DNA from: a virus
Taxonomy: Duplodnaviria > Caudoviricetes
DNA length: 64,000 nucleotides
Direction: 5' to 3' (one strand)
Virus record (IMG/VR): IMGVR_UViG_3300020200_003236
Location: 16,938-80,937 of that record
Both the position numbers and the translations under genes were made by a program. The notes under the pieces are model-generated. The model did no database searches. It saw only the letters and a program-made list of their open reading frames with translations, and was not told the DNA's origin. Below are positions 7,840 to 18,600 of the stretch, in pieces (position 1 is the stretch's first letter; each line of letters begins with the position of its first letter).

Positions 7840-10113
7840 TCAGAATATTGCCATATTCCATTGATCGCCCACTGGTCTCGATGTAATACTAGAGAATGTA
7901 AGGTCGGTTTCGTTGAACTTGATGAACGACTTCTCGCTATAGTCGAAACTCAAATACGCTATCTTGTCCCCATCGCTTACTGCCAGTAAAGTTTGTGACA
8001 AATTATCAAAGCCTATTTTGGTATTGTCTTGCAATAATCTGAAGGCGGCTGAGTTAATTCCGGGTCCACCTGTTTCCCAGATCGAACTTGTTGGGTTGTA
8101 AGCCGAGATTGATCCTGAATTATTGAAAAAATACACACCTTTGCTAAGCGTTACTAACTGGCCTTCTTCTTTTACAGGTCCGGCCAAGTCTTGCAGCTTT
8201 CTAATATCTATAAATGGCTCTGACGTATTCCCGCTGGTTTTATAAAAAGTTTTTATTCTAAAGAAGTTGCCCACACCCTGATTCCTCAGAAAAAACCCCT
8301 CGTTGTCTTTCCAAGTTGATCTATAAACGCTCATGTTTCCTTGGGTGGATTCTCCGTCTTCATAGGTTACTTCATTTTGCTTCAATTCTCCTGCACCATT
8401 TTTGTAGTTGCTGTTTATAAATGTACTGCTTGAAACCGCCATAGAAGATAAGTTAAGGGTTTGTTTGTTTTGATTTGTTGGCGAAGTATTTGAATCAGGG
8501 TCTGGACCTTCTCCGCCGAGAATAAAATAGACTTTTTCTATATCAGACATACCTATCCAGTTCCAAGGTCTTGTAATTGGCGTTTGTGTGGTGTAAGTAT
8601 CAGAAAATCCATTGAATTCAGAAATCAATATTTTTTCTGTTAGATATGAAGCTGCTTTAGCACGTCCGCTGGCCCAATATAACAAACCAACACTCCCGGT
8701 GCCCGATCCTGCTACACCCTTTGGGGCGAACCCCACATTGCGATGAAATTCTCTAAGTTGTTGATCTTCATTAGGTTCTTCTTCCAAAAATGACTGGTCT
8801 ACGTTGAGCGTCATTAAACTGGTTGGCTTTATTTTGAATGCTTCACTAATAAGACCAAATTCTGTCGTATTTACTTGGTTGGCCCCACTATAAAGCCAGA
8901 GCCACAAATTGTATTTTTCGACAACATCAATGGCATTTTCATATGTGGTAATTCTGTAGCTTCCAAATTTTGTGTCTGTTCTGAGGATTAAATCATATAT
9001 CCCGCCGATACTATAAGAAGCTCTTGCGGCGTTTGAGTTGCCGTGAACCAAGTCGTCTGCCAATGACCATGTGTAGGCAATGATTGGGTCGATGGGACTT
9101 CCGCCACCGTCAACCTGTTCGCCAGCGAAAGTTCTTCCTGTATTGGGATTTATTCCAGCAGGGATTCCCATATCTAGTAAAAGCGTCGTTGGCGTTCTGA
9201 TTTTTGGAGGCGTTGTGTACGTTCCATCGTCTTCCCCGCCTTCAGGGATGCCTTCCTGAAAAATCTGACCGGATCTAGGGATATATTGTATTAAAGCCGA
9301 TTGTGGCGCTTCAGTTCTTGCGTTGATATAATGTGGGAAGATAACTGTGTCTTCTCCAAAATCGTTTCTGACGGTTAGTTTAACGTCATAGTTGTTTGGA
9401 GTTGTATAAATCTTTTGTATTGTTCCGCCATCTAGGTCTTGCACAATTACGTCAGACTGATTTATTGGCCCATCTGTGGCGCTAATCAAAACAATTGATG
9501 GTCCCGTGTTATCTCCGAAGTCCCAAATATAGCTGATTACCCCCGTGTTGCCATCAGTTCCCAAATGGAAGCTCAAATCTTTGAACTTAACGGTTAATGG
9601 CACAAGTCCAATTGTTTTGTTTGCTGTAAACCATGCTTTTGGAACCAACACTATCTTTCTAAGATAGTTGATTCTTTCTTCCATAGTGCCCTCTAGGGGT
9701 TTTGTGCCTACCTCTCCTTTTCTGCCCGCAAATTTTTGAATGGCAAGCACAGCTTCTTTAATGTTATTGTGGTGACTGGCCATTACATTCTGAGTTACAT
9801 TTGTAATATCTTTTGGTTTGGGATTATCTGTAAATCCGGGTAGTAATTCCAAGTTATCGAAAGATACATCGGTTTTACTGCCGTAGTAAAAAGATAATGC
9901 ACGCAGTTCGGCATCGCCGCATTGTTCTGTAAGCGTAATGATGCCAGTAGGCGGGTATCTACTTATGACTTCCGAATCTCCGTATACGAAAATATTGGTA
10001 TCGCCGGGCAAATAGTCTCTTAGCAACCTAACTCTGAGGCTATCATGCACAAGAAACATATTGTCGTTTGTGTCTATTTCTGCTGGGAAATTACTTGTTA
10101 CTGGTATAGTCAT
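7840..10113 (-). CDS. PKD-domain virion appendage protein
   Basis: MASHHNNIKEAVLAIQ N-terminal motif; FTANKTIGLVPLTVKFKD...YIWDFGD...YDVKLTVRNDFGED is a PKD domain. Confidence 0.7.
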   Translation of the reverse strand: MTIPVTSNFPAEIDTNDNMFLVHDSLRVRLLRDYLPGDTNIFVYGDSEVISRYPPTGIITLTEQCGDAELRALSFYYGSKTDVSFDNLELLPGFTDNPKPKDITNVTQNVMASHHNNIKEAVLAIQKFAGRKGEVGTKPLEGTMEERINYLRKIVLVPKAWFTANKTIGLVPLTVKFKDLSFHLGTDGNTGVISYIWDFGDNTGPSIVLISATDGPINQSDVIVQDLDGGTIQKIYTTPNNYDVKLTVRNDFGEDTVIFPHYINARTEAPQSALIQYIPRSGQIFQEGIPEGGEDDGTYTTPPKIRTPTTLLLDMGIPAGINPNTGRTFAGEQVDGGGSPIDPIIAYTWSLADDLVHGNSNAARASYSIGGIYDLILRTDTKFGSYRITTYENAIDVVEKYNLWLWLYSGANQVNTTEFGLISEAFKIKPTSLMTLNVDQSFLEEEPNEDQQLREFHRNVGFAPKGVAGSGTGSVGLLYWASGRAKAASYLTEKILISEFNGFSDTYTTQTPITRPWNWIGMSDIEKVYFILGGEGPDPDSNTSPTNQNKQTLNLSSMAVSSSTFINSNYKNGAGELKQNEVTYEDGESTQGNMSVYRSTWKDNEGFFLRNQGVGNFFRIKTFYKTSGNTSEPFIDIRKLQDLAGPVKEEGQLVTLSKGVYFFNNSGSISAYNPTSSIWETGGPGINSAAFRLLQDNTKIGFDNLSQTLLAVSDGDKIAYLSFDYSEKSFIKFNETDLTFSSITSRPVGDQWNMAIF

Positions 10114-11160
10114 TTACATCACCAAAATTTCATCTTTTAAGAATGCCCGCTTTAATTTTTGATTTTCAAATAAAATCAAAACAGTTGGGGTATACGTGCC
10201 GGGTTTATCATAAACATAATTGACCGTATGGATGTTGGGATCGAACACAGGGTAGCTAGTCCCATCTATAGCCTCGCCGTTTACTTCGCCAGGCCCATCG
10301 AAAATCCAATATCTTTGAATAACGTCTCCATCGGTCTGATCCACAAAGTTAAACTTCGTCGGTTCGATACTCAAATTTTCAGCGGTTTCCCTTGAGTATC
10401 CTTGATAGGGTAACACATAGAAAAAGGGTGACCTAGACGCTTCGTCTACAGTGATATAGTTCTTTTTGTAAGTAATTCCTTGGGCACCTAAAGAAGTAAT
10501 TACGTTTAACTGAACAGAGTAAACGCCTTCTGTTTGGTATGTGTGGATGGGGTTTTTCTCTACCGAAGTAGTTCCGTCTCCAAAATCCCACAAATAACGC
10601 ACAAGAGGCCCGGTACTAAAGTTTTGAAAGCGAACTTGAAATGGCGGCGGACCATCGATTCGATGGGCACGAAATATGGCTTTTGGAGCCAAGAACCTTG
10701 TTTCTTGTGTTTTGAGAATACCATTTAACGAGGTTTCAATAGGTCTGTCTTCTACCCCCAAATCTCTTTCTATTTGGATAACGGCATCTTTAATTGCATT
10801 GTGATGCTCTGCCATTACAGCGTTTGTGACCCAACTTCCTACTGGCCAAGGATTTTGTCGAGAACCCGCAAATCCCCGAATTAAGTTTCGGAACAATCCA
10901 GTAGTTTTGGAGTCGTAATAAATCAACTCAGCAGCGCCGGGTTTTCCAGCCGGTGGGCCAACACGCAGTAAACCTCTAGGTGGAAAACCGGAATTATCTT
11001 CAACAATGATGTATTTTCCGTTATATGAAAGCGTCTGTTTCAACTTTGTTTCTGCGTTGTTTCTTACTTCATATAATGTGTTTTTGTTGTCCCTTGCTTC
11101 TGGGAATACAGATAAGTCGCCAGTCGTATATCCAATATCTAAAGACGAATTTCTTGGCAT
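10114..11160 (-). CDS. Tandem PKD-domain virion appendage protein
   Basis: MAEHHNAIKDAVIQIE motif; VRFQNFSTGPLVRYLWDFGDGTTSVEKNPIHTYQTEGVYSVQL is a canonical PKD; a second PKD-like unit follows (YVYDKPGTY). Confidence 0.8.
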   Translation of the reverse strand: MPRNSSLDIGYTTGDLSVFPEARDNKNTLYEVRNNAETKLKQTLSYNGKYIIVEDNSGFPPRGLLRVGPPAGKPGAAELIYYDSKTTGLFRNLIRGFAGSRQNPWPVGSWVTNAVMAEHHNAIKDAVIQIERDLGVEDRPIETSLNGILKTQETRFLAPKAIFRAHRIDGPPPFQVRFQNFSTGPLVRYLWDFGDGTTSVEKNPIHTYQTEGVYSVQLNVITSLGAQGITYKKNYITVDEASRSPFFYVLPYQGYSRETAENLSIEPTKFNFVDQTDGDVIQRYWIFDGPGEVNGEAIDGTSYPVFDPNIHTVNYVYDKPGTYTPTVLILFENQKLKRAFLKDEILVM

Positions 11161-11161
11161 T

Positions 11162-11872
11162 TTACTCCTTCGATGTTGCTGATTGATTTAAAAGCATTTG
11201 CATTTTTTGGTTTCTGAACTCCAAAGATTTAAGTGTATGTTCTTTGACGGGAATTCTATCCGGCAGAGCCAAAATCGTTTCGATTAACTCGGCATCTAGT
11301 GTTCCTTGTGTTATCATCTTTAGGTTTAATTTACTTTGAAGTCTTTCTCCCCAATATTCGCATTGAGAATCGAAGTCATCAAATGGCTTGAGCGGTTCAT
11401 TTTGAACTAGCCCATTGAAGGTTTCCACAAAAAATCTGGCTTCTTCTTCAAGGGATTTCTTTTTGTCTTGTAGTTTTTGCATGTTTCTAAAGGCGGCAAT
11501 TTTCTTCCGCCCCAACTTTCTCAAATCAATTTCCAGTTCTCTTTTTGTGGTTTCCTCATTTTGTTCGTATTTCTCAATTTTTTTGCTCAATTTATCTATC
11601 TTGATATTTATCAATTCAAGATTATCTTTTCCCTCTTCTATTTCGAGAGCAGCCGCTTCGAGGGTTTCAAAACGGGTTTTTATTTCTCTTAGACATTGCC
11701 AGAGCTTGGCTTGCGTGGTAGGCTCTTTATGGATGATGAAATACTTCATTTGGAAGTAACTGTGCCGATCTATGACCTTATTTTTGAGGATTTTAGCCAT
11801 ATCTTCTATGATATTTGGAGCGACTACTTCCAATTTGTCTTCCGTAATTTCATTTGTTTTATCTATTGACAT
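11162..11872 (-). CDS. Coiled-coil hypothetical protein
   Basis: 236-aa ORF with long heptad-like charged helix; in operon with the PKD genes. Confidence 0.55.
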   Translation of the reverse strand: MSIDKTNEITEDKLEVVAPNIIEDMAKILKNKVIDRHSYFQMKYFIIHKEPTTQAKLWQCLREIKTRFETLEAAALEIEEGKDNLELINIKIDKLSKKIEKYEQNEETTKRELEIDLRKLGRKKIAAFRNMQKLQDKKKSLEEEARFFVETFNGLVQNEPLKPFDDFDSQCEYWGERLQSKLNLKMITQGTLDAELIETILALPDRIPVKEHTLKSLEFRNQKMQMLLNQSATSKE

Positions 11873-11919
11873 ATCTTCTCCTTTATGGTTAAACTTAACA
11901 GAGTATTTTTTTTCGTAAA

Positions 11920-12540
11920 ATGGAGCAATTTATGGGCAAGCTAGATTGTGCATTAGGGTATCTTAGTGGCGCAATGGAATACGTTGCGGATCATGGTGTC
12001 GAGTGGAGAAGAAAATTCACCCGCCTTATCTATGAGGCCGGTCTGGACATTGATCTGATTGACCCCACAAATAAGCCGGGCGACGACCAGAAAATAGGAG
12101 GCGAAGACAAAGGATATCAAGCCAAGCTCAAGCAAGAAAAGAGATGGAAAGAGCTTTCGAAATACGTCGGTGAATATCGACGTTATGATTTGCGATATGT
12201 CGATTACTCCGATTTTCTTGTAGTCGTTGTTGATCCAAGAGTCCCACAATGGGGCACCAGCAACGAAGTTTATTTTGGCGAGATGCAACATAAGCCAACG
12301 TTTTTTGTTTGCGACGGAGGCTTGGCGAACTTGCCGAACTGGTTGTTCGATTTATTGGATTTTGAAGGCGACCAGCCCATCAATGTTTTCGAGAGCATCG
12401 AAGAAGTAATCGAGATGCTAAAGAAATTGAATTCTGGCGAAAAAGAACTCAGCAAAGAGTGGGTTCTGGTGCGGAGACATATCGAGCAAAACCGCAAAAA
12501 TCGTCTGGCTTTGGCTAACAGAGTTTCGCACCCAAAATAG
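11920..12540 (+). CDS. Nucleoside 2-deoxyribosyltransferase (NDT)-like protein
   Basis: YLSGAM...WR...LIDP...DLRYVDYSDFLVV...GTSNEVYFG...KPTFFV matches the NDT-superfamily layout (YLaG, Dl..v..sD.vv, GT..E). Confidence 0.7.
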   Translation: MEQFMGKLDCALGYLSGAMEYVADHGVEWRRKFTRLIYEAGLDIDLIDPTNKPGDDQKIGGEDKGYQAKLKQEKRWKELSKYVGEYRRYDLRYVDYSDFLVVVVDPRVPQWGTSNEVYFGEMQHKPTFFVCDGGLANLPNWLFDLLDFEGDQPINVFESIEEVIEMLKKLNSGEKELSKEWVLVRRHIEQNRKNRLALANRVSHPK

Positions 12541-13042
12541 CCTTGAATTTGTAGCCTTTTTCGATGGCTTCTGAAGCCCACATTAGTTTACAAATTTCAT
12601 AGGGGCCAATTTCCGCCATCTTGCCAATTTCTTTGAGGCAATTCTTGTGGAGTAAAAGTCCATTAATGGTTGCTTCAACGAAGTCATATTTCTTGCCAAC
12701 AATTGGAAAAAGAATATCCTTTTCGTTTTCAATAAACATTGAATATTTATTGTCCAATCTGTGTCTGATGTAAGTCCCAGCTATTACAATGAAATTCCAA
12801 TCCGCTGGCGGATTTTTCATGCCAGCATTTATCAGCGAAGTGTAAGTTTCTTTGCCTTTGCAGGTCGGACAAATTTCATTCATTTCCTTAAAAGGCTGGG
12901 TCTTTATTGATTTTTCGGCCACAGAAATGATTGGCACATCGTGTTTGCCCCGTATCGAATTAACCGTATTTCTTAGCAAAGAAGGATTCGATTCTGGGTT
13001 CAGGACTATAAACCCAAAATTGATATTTTTGGACGTATACAA
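12515..13042 (-). CDS. Degenerate glycosyltransferase family 2-like protein
   Basis: LLRNTVNSI, INAGMKNPPADWNFIV, LLLHKNCLKEIG, AIEKGYK resemble GT2/GT-A segments, but there is no DxD motif. Confidence 0.4.
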   Translation of the reverse strand: MYTSKNINFGFIVLNPESNPSLLRNTVNSIRGKHDVPIISVAEKSIKTQPFKEMNEICPTCKGKETYTSLINAGMKNPPADWNFIVIAGTYIRHRLDNKYSMFIENEKDILFPIVGKKYDFVEATINGLLLHKNCLKEIGKMAEIGPYEICKLMWASEAIEKGYKFKAILGAKLC

Positions 13043-13053
13043 TTCAATCTCGC

Positions 13054-13905
13054 TTATGTTAGAGCCACGTTGAAATCTATTCTAATTATATCATCAGGAG
13101 TAATTGTCGTGTTGAGTTCAAATGTTCCGGCAGTATGATCTGGCGTAAAACTGTTCAATGTCCACTCTTCTGTCATTAGATTGCCGGGAACGTACACATA
13201 AGCATCTGTGGTTAGCTTTACGCCGTTAATGTAAACTCGAAGACTATCTTCGATATAGGGGGTATTAACCGAAGTTACCTTGTAATTAACATAGTCGGTT
13301 GTAATAGGCTCTAGGTCGTAATAATGTCTGTGTGCGAATTCAATTGGGATTGTTAAAACTGGCTTAATCGTTACTGCATTTGAGGGCGGAACTGGTGCCG
13401 TTACGTCCCATTGAATGCCTTCGGACGCTCCAAGGTATATTTTACCTTCTTCTATTATCAATGTATTAGAAAGAGCTTCTACCTCGAACCTGATGTTTGT
13501 AGCTTCTGAGGCAATTAGAGCAAGTTTTGCCCGCTCAGCCTCAAGCATTCGTACAAATGGAACTGGATTTATTACATTTGGATAGTTTAAGGTGTCATTA
13601 TAATAATCCAGTTCCGATACATCTACTGTCTTGCTGCCATCGCTATGCTCTGCAATATTGTGGGCAGCTTCATCTATTGCGGAAGCCTTGAGAGAACCAT
13701 TTTGTTCCAAAGATTGGTTGAGCCGGTTGTCTAGGGTGCCTTGGTTCCCCGCTGCGTCTCGCAATATTTCGGCATGATTTTCCAGTTCCCCATTTATCAA
13801 TTGATCCCGTAATGCCAGCACTTCAATGGGAACATTGTCATATTCCCAATGATATGGATGCAATGGATCGTATTTTGGAACTGGAAGTTTGGATAGATCA
13901 GGCAT
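13054..13905 (-). CDS. Putative tail/virion protein
   Basis: 283-aa ORF. C-terminal SLRVYINGVKL...FELNTTITPDDIIRIDF resembles a small beta-sandwich common in phage tail proteins; located in the tail operon. Confidence 0.5.
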   Translation of the reverse strand: MPDLSKLPVPKYDPLHPYHWEYDNVPIEVLALRDQLINGELENHAEILRDAAGNQGTLDNRLNQSLEQNGSLKASAIDEAAHNIAEHSDGSKTVDVSELDYYNDTLNYPNVINPVPFVRMLEAERAKLALIASEATNIRFEVEALSNTLIIEEGKIYLGASEGIQWDVTAPVPPSNAVTIKPVLTIPIEFAHRHYYDLEPITTDYVNYKVTSVNTPYIEDSLRVYINGVKLTTDAYVYVPGNLMTEEWTLNSFTPDHTAGTFELNTTITPDDIIRIDFNVALT

Positions 13906-14099
13906 TACTCCTCTTTTTGACCGAAATTAGTTTTGCGGTCTTGTTGCTTCATAACAGAACGACGCTTTCTGGAATCACCAGAATAGGTTTGCTTGTTTTG
14001 CTTGCCAAAGCGGGGATTTCCTCCCACAAAACCGGATTTACCGTGATTTTGGTCGTTTCTGTCTTTGCCCCGCCACTCTTTGAATGAAATTAGTGCCAT
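13905..14099 (-). CDS. Small basic hypothetical protein
   Basis: 64 aa; stop overlaps the start of the downstream gene; TATAAATC just upstream. Confidence 0.5.
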   Translation of the reverse strand: MALISFKEWRGKDRNDQNHGKSGFVGGNPRFGKQNKQTYSGDSRKRRSVMKQQDRKTNFGQKEE

Positions 14100-14125
14100 A
14101 ATAGTGATTTATATACGGCCACTGA

Positions 14126-14407
14126 TTACAAATCTAATTCCCAACCTTTTTCATTATATTGAGCTTCCGGCGCATCGTATGGACAGGGGTTCAAATCAAT
14201 GGCGATTTTGATTTGATCGGAAGTAATTGTGTTTCCAAGAGCCTTAAACAATTCTGCCGGGCAATTGGAAGTAACATAAATTGGCTCGCATGACTTCTTG
14301 ATTTCTTCGGCCAATGCACTCTCAAAATCCCAGATCGAAATAGTGAAAGTCGGCAGCATCTCTGCTTGTTCTTTTTGCTTTTTTCTGTCTAGCCAGTAAT
14401 TACTCAT
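14126..14407 (-). CDS. Hypothetical protein
   Basis: 93-aa ORF with ATGA overlap to the SET gene. Confidence 0.5.
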   Translation of the reverse strand: MSNYWLDRKKQKEQAEMLPTFTISIWDFESALAEEIKKSCEPIYVTSNCPAELFKALGNTITSDQIKIAIDLNPCPYDAPEAQYNEKGWELDL

Positions 14408-14940
14408 TTGATTAAATCTCCCAAATTGTAAAGGTTATAGTGGAGGAACTTCTCCCAATCTTTTATGTCTGCTTTGGCATTATCGTGAGTTTCATGAACC
14501 CAATTGAAGACTTTCTCCCAGCCTTCTCCATAGTGTCCTAACACTTCTTCGCCCTCAGCTACGTCTTTCAAAAACCAATATACAGCTTTGTCTGCATGTA
14601 AGCTCTTTTTTGTATATTTGTCATCTAGGTAGCGGATTTCTACATTTTGTTTCTTTTTATCCTCGGTATGATTGACGATTCCAGCATACCCTAGAGGCAC
14701 GATCAGGAATTGGCCTATATCTACCTTGTCGCCTTTTCTTTTTACATCAGCGGCGAACTTGTATGCATTGGCGTAATAGGTGCATTGATCTGCAACAGAT
14801 TCTCTGTTCACCAAAACACCCGTAATTTCGAGCCACTCATTCTTTTTTATGGCTTTCTTTGCGAAAAGCCCATTGCCCGCTAAATTCACAGTAGATGGAG
14901 CTATGCAAAAACGATCATCGTCTTCTTCAAATATTATCAT
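14404..14940 (-). CDS. SET-domain protein (putative lysine methyltransferase)
   Basis: IAPSTVNLAGNGLFAKKAIKKNE (motif I), GIVNH (NH motif), LKDVAEGEEVLGHYG (ELxxxY motif). Confidence 0.8.
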   Translation of the reverse strand: MIIFEEDDDRFCIAPSTVNLAGNGLFAKKAIKKNEWLEITGVLVNRESVADQCTYYANAYKFAADVKRKGDKVDIGQFLIVPLGYAGIVNHTEDKKKQNVEIRYLDDKYTKKSLHADKAVYWFLKDVAEGEEVLGHYGEGWEKVFNWVHETHDNAKADIKDWEKFLHYNLYNLGDLIK

Positions 14941-15230
14941 TCGATATAGCCTCTTTTTATTGCTTCGCTTACTTCTTCAAGAGTTATGTCTCGCCCTACA
15001 AATTCACCAAAACACTCACAAAAATGATTAACTATTGATGTAGTAACAGTCTCTGCCAATTCTGGGTGGTGTGAAATAACTTTTTTTGCTTCGGCCCAAG
15101 AAGCAGAGTCCAGTCCCCAATCAAAGATTTCTCCATCGACTTCAAGTACGTTAATGTCTTTGTTGAATTCTTCGCTATATTCAGAAACAACTTCGATTTT
15201 TTTCATACAAATGAAATTCTCCAATTCCAA
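14937..15230 (-). CDS. Hypothetical protein
   Basis: 97-aa ORF with ATGA overlap to the SET gene. Confidence 0.5.
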   Translation of the reverse strand: MELENFICMKKIEVVSEYSEEFNKDINVLEVDGEIFDWGLDSASWAEAKKVISHHPELAETVTTSIVNHFCECFGEFVGRDITLEEVSEAIKRGYIE

Positions 15231-15679
15231 GTTATTTGCATTTGGTCTGTTTTGTTTAAATCTAAGAATGTGGCCATGCTGTACAAGTCGTCGTTCGACA
15301 TTTGTAGTGCCATCTCGTTAATGGCATAGCCATTTGCGTCAGAAAAACCAAGCACTGCCGTAAAGACGACTTGGCTTGGTATGTTCGGATCAACTTGAGC
15401 AATGACTGATTTGCTCGCACGAGTAATGCCAAACAAACCATTTCTGGCGGTATCAACGTATTTTACAGAACCTCCTGCTGTGCCGCCGTCGCCAAACAGC
15501 ATTCGGCTGACGTAAAATTGGTAAGTGTCGCCCAAATCGTTGGCAAGACTTTTGGCCAGTGCTTCACGCCCCTTGCGGAGAATGGTATTCTTAAACTCTA
15601 TCGTTTCTTGTCGGCCATCCTTGTGTTCAATATTGACGGTCACATAGCCGCTTACTTTTACTGGTTCTTCTGTGTTCAT
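15203..15679 (-). CDS. Tail-collar/fibre attachment protein (DUF3751-like)
   Basis: NTILRKGREALAK...MLFGDGG...VFTAVL...AINEMAL...LNKT...ITWNWRI; follows the baseplate wedge gene. Confidence 0.7.
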   Translation of the reverse strand: MNTEEPVKVSGYVTVNIEHKDGRQETIEFKNTILRKGREALAKSLANDLGDTYQFYVSRMLFGDGGTAGGSVKYVDTARNGLFGITRASKSVIAQVDPNIPSQVVFTAVLGFSDANGYAINEMALQMSNDDLYSMATFLDLNKTDQMQITWNWRISFV

Positions 15680-18600
15680 ATTTCCCCTTGTTCGGTGGAG
15701 CCGTTCAAATATTCTATGTTAAAAGAAATTCCTTCGCCCTGTTGCACATAATTGATTACATTATCGTCGCCTGCTCCTACGGATAAAGCCATCATTGACG
15801 TGGTAGTTGTATTGGTGATTATTTCGCCGCCTCTTCTGTCTATTATTCTAAATGTATAATCATGGAGGTCAAATTGTTGGCCAGGAATAGTCACATCTTC
15901 TGTTTTTTCATATTGATAAATATCGTAGCTTACCAGGGTTCCACCACCCTGCCACGTTTCCCAATACTTATCTGGTCCCTCAAGCGTTATAAGTGATCCG
16001 TTAATTTCTGCCATAAAATAAATGTTATCATCTATGTCGATCAAATAGTTTTGCTTAAACGTATTGTTCTCTAAAGGAGTAGGTACGACCGAATTTCCCC
16101 CGTTGGAAACCGGCAATCCCGTCTCGTGGTTTGTTGGAGAAGTATCTAGTTTTAAACCATTGTGGCTCAAATAGCCGATTTGATTTTCGGTAACTCGCTG
16201 CCAAACAGTTAAGGTGATCGGACCTACATCTCCACCAGTATAACCCGAAATATAAAATTCGTCGTCTGTGTCGGGAACTAAACCGATTACTTTGTATTGA
16301 GTATTGCTTATTAGTTGATAATATTCAACTTCTTGTAAGTTGAACATATCTTGGATGTCGGTGCCTGTAGCTACGGTTCTGCCACGTGAAGTAATTCTTA
16401 AAAAGCCCGTCGTACTAGACCCCTTCACATTGCCAATCTCATCCAATAACGTGTAAATTACACCAGTGGCATTGGTGAGCGGTAGTGTGTGAGCGGAGTC
16501 GTCTAGCACTATTGCTCCATTTGGCAAAATATCCTTAATGTCATAAGGAGTGCCAGAATAAGCTGGAATGGACATTTGCCACGGGGCGCTTGCAGTGCCT
16601 TGGGCTACATCCCATTGGGTTTTAATGTTCAGAATCTGGTAGTCTAGGTTTGAATCTGTGACTTCCTGAATATTGTCTTGATAGACGAACACGGCTCCAA
16701 ACGGGGTGTCGAATTCTACTTGGTTAGATATTCTGAAAGTAAAGGCTCTGTCGCTCAACACTTGATTTTCAAATGAAGAGTTGGTTTCTGTTATTGGCTC
16801 CGAAATACTACTGTCGTTGACCCCAGAAATACTGCCTTGAGATACTTGTGCTGTGTTTTTGTTTGGGTTGTCTATTCTGTATTTTCCAGCCAAAGATGAC
16901 GAGAGAATTTCTAGTACAGCACTACCATTTGTTGCCATCCCAAGATTTTCAAAGTTTATATCGCCGCAGAAAATTACGATCTTGTCGTTGAAAGCAATGC
17001 CCGCCCCGCTTGCAACCGGATTGGCCGTTGCTAGTTGATTTCTCAAAATAGCGGCGGTTGTAGTGCCTCTTTTCATGGCTCGATTAAACCACATTTGGCC
17101 CGACCCAGCGATTACATCGTCTTGGGCAGAATATCTTACAAAACCTTCGATTACTTCTTCCGGTTGTTCCATGAATTCGTGGAAGCCGCCGTAGATGTTT
17201 AAGTTTTGCAACACAGCATGAAATGGCATATGTTCAGTTAGTATCTGAATCGCCTCGTAAATTCTATCATTAGTCAATTCTTCTATTTCTAAATCCACAT
17301 TGTACTTGCTGCTAAGACACGCAAAGCATGGATCGAGGAAATCTTTATCAATATCACATGGGTCTTTGGAATTCCGAATACTACCGTTGTATTCTTCCAT
17401 GTTGTAAATGTTTTCTGAATAAGGAAATTCGGTTCTTACCTTGCCGAAGATAATATCGTCATGATATGGATGTTTTTGTGGTATGATTACATCAAATAAT
17501 GGATCGTTTTCTGCAATCAATCGCACGTTCATGTTTTTGAGAGGATAATCCTGATCCACTTCATCACTTTGATCTGCCAGTGGCAATGCTCTCACATAGT
17601 CTTCTATTGTTTGTATTACTGGACTTGGGATTTCATTGTACTTATACAAAACTTTAATTATGTCGCCTTCAATCAAATCCACCGGGTTTGTCGAAAGAGA
17701 ACTGCCCTCCCAAGTCATGGTTGTAACGCCATCTACGGTAGAAAAGGAAACATAGTCTGAAGAAATCTCTGTGTAATCTTCCTCGCCTTCTGCTCTTATT
17801 GATAGTTGGAAATTATCTACATCTATGGGCAAAGCTACCTTGGCCAAAGTCCAACTGGTTTCTCCATCGTATTTGAATATTTCTTGCCAAGTATAGGCAG
17901 AAATCACTTGCCACAAAGGGGTATATTCAACGAGTTTAATGCCAGCTTGATCTAATCCTTCAACTATGCCGCCTCTCGTTCCTTTTCTTTTATACAAAGG
18001 AACGGCACGTTTGATTTGTTTTCTCCAACGTGTTGGGTCATAAGACTTTAGTTTTAAACCGAGCGTGTTGGAAAGATATGGCAAAAGAGATTCATCTAGG
18101 ACATTGCCATCATAAAGATCAATTATTTGATTCGCAAGATTTTCTAAAACGGTAAAACCATCTGCGACCGATTTGTTTAGTTTATCAATTACATCAGGTG
18201 TACGATCACCATCACACAAAAGCATTTTGAATACTTCGGGTGTGTATCTTTCTAACAGCGTTTCGTATTTTTTTGGGGGAGTTTGATGCGTAGGAATAGT
18301 TGTGGTAACTTCCGTGGCACCCTTCAAGTAAAACTTAAAGTGTTGAGAATAGGATTCACCGGCAGGAAGTGGCGTCCAAGTCCAACAAATGAAGTAATCG
18401 CCTTCTCGCATCCCGACTGGTTGCCAAGTATATTTGAAGTTGCCAACTAGCGGATTTGCATCTTCATCTTCTGTGACATGCTCTAGGAATGAATTTTCTT
18501 CATCCGAAGACAGCCATGCTGGGAATTCTTTGTTCCCGACAATATGAGCGGGCTTTGCGTCATTGAAGTAGAATGGCGAACTGGTTTTGGAAGCCTCTGC

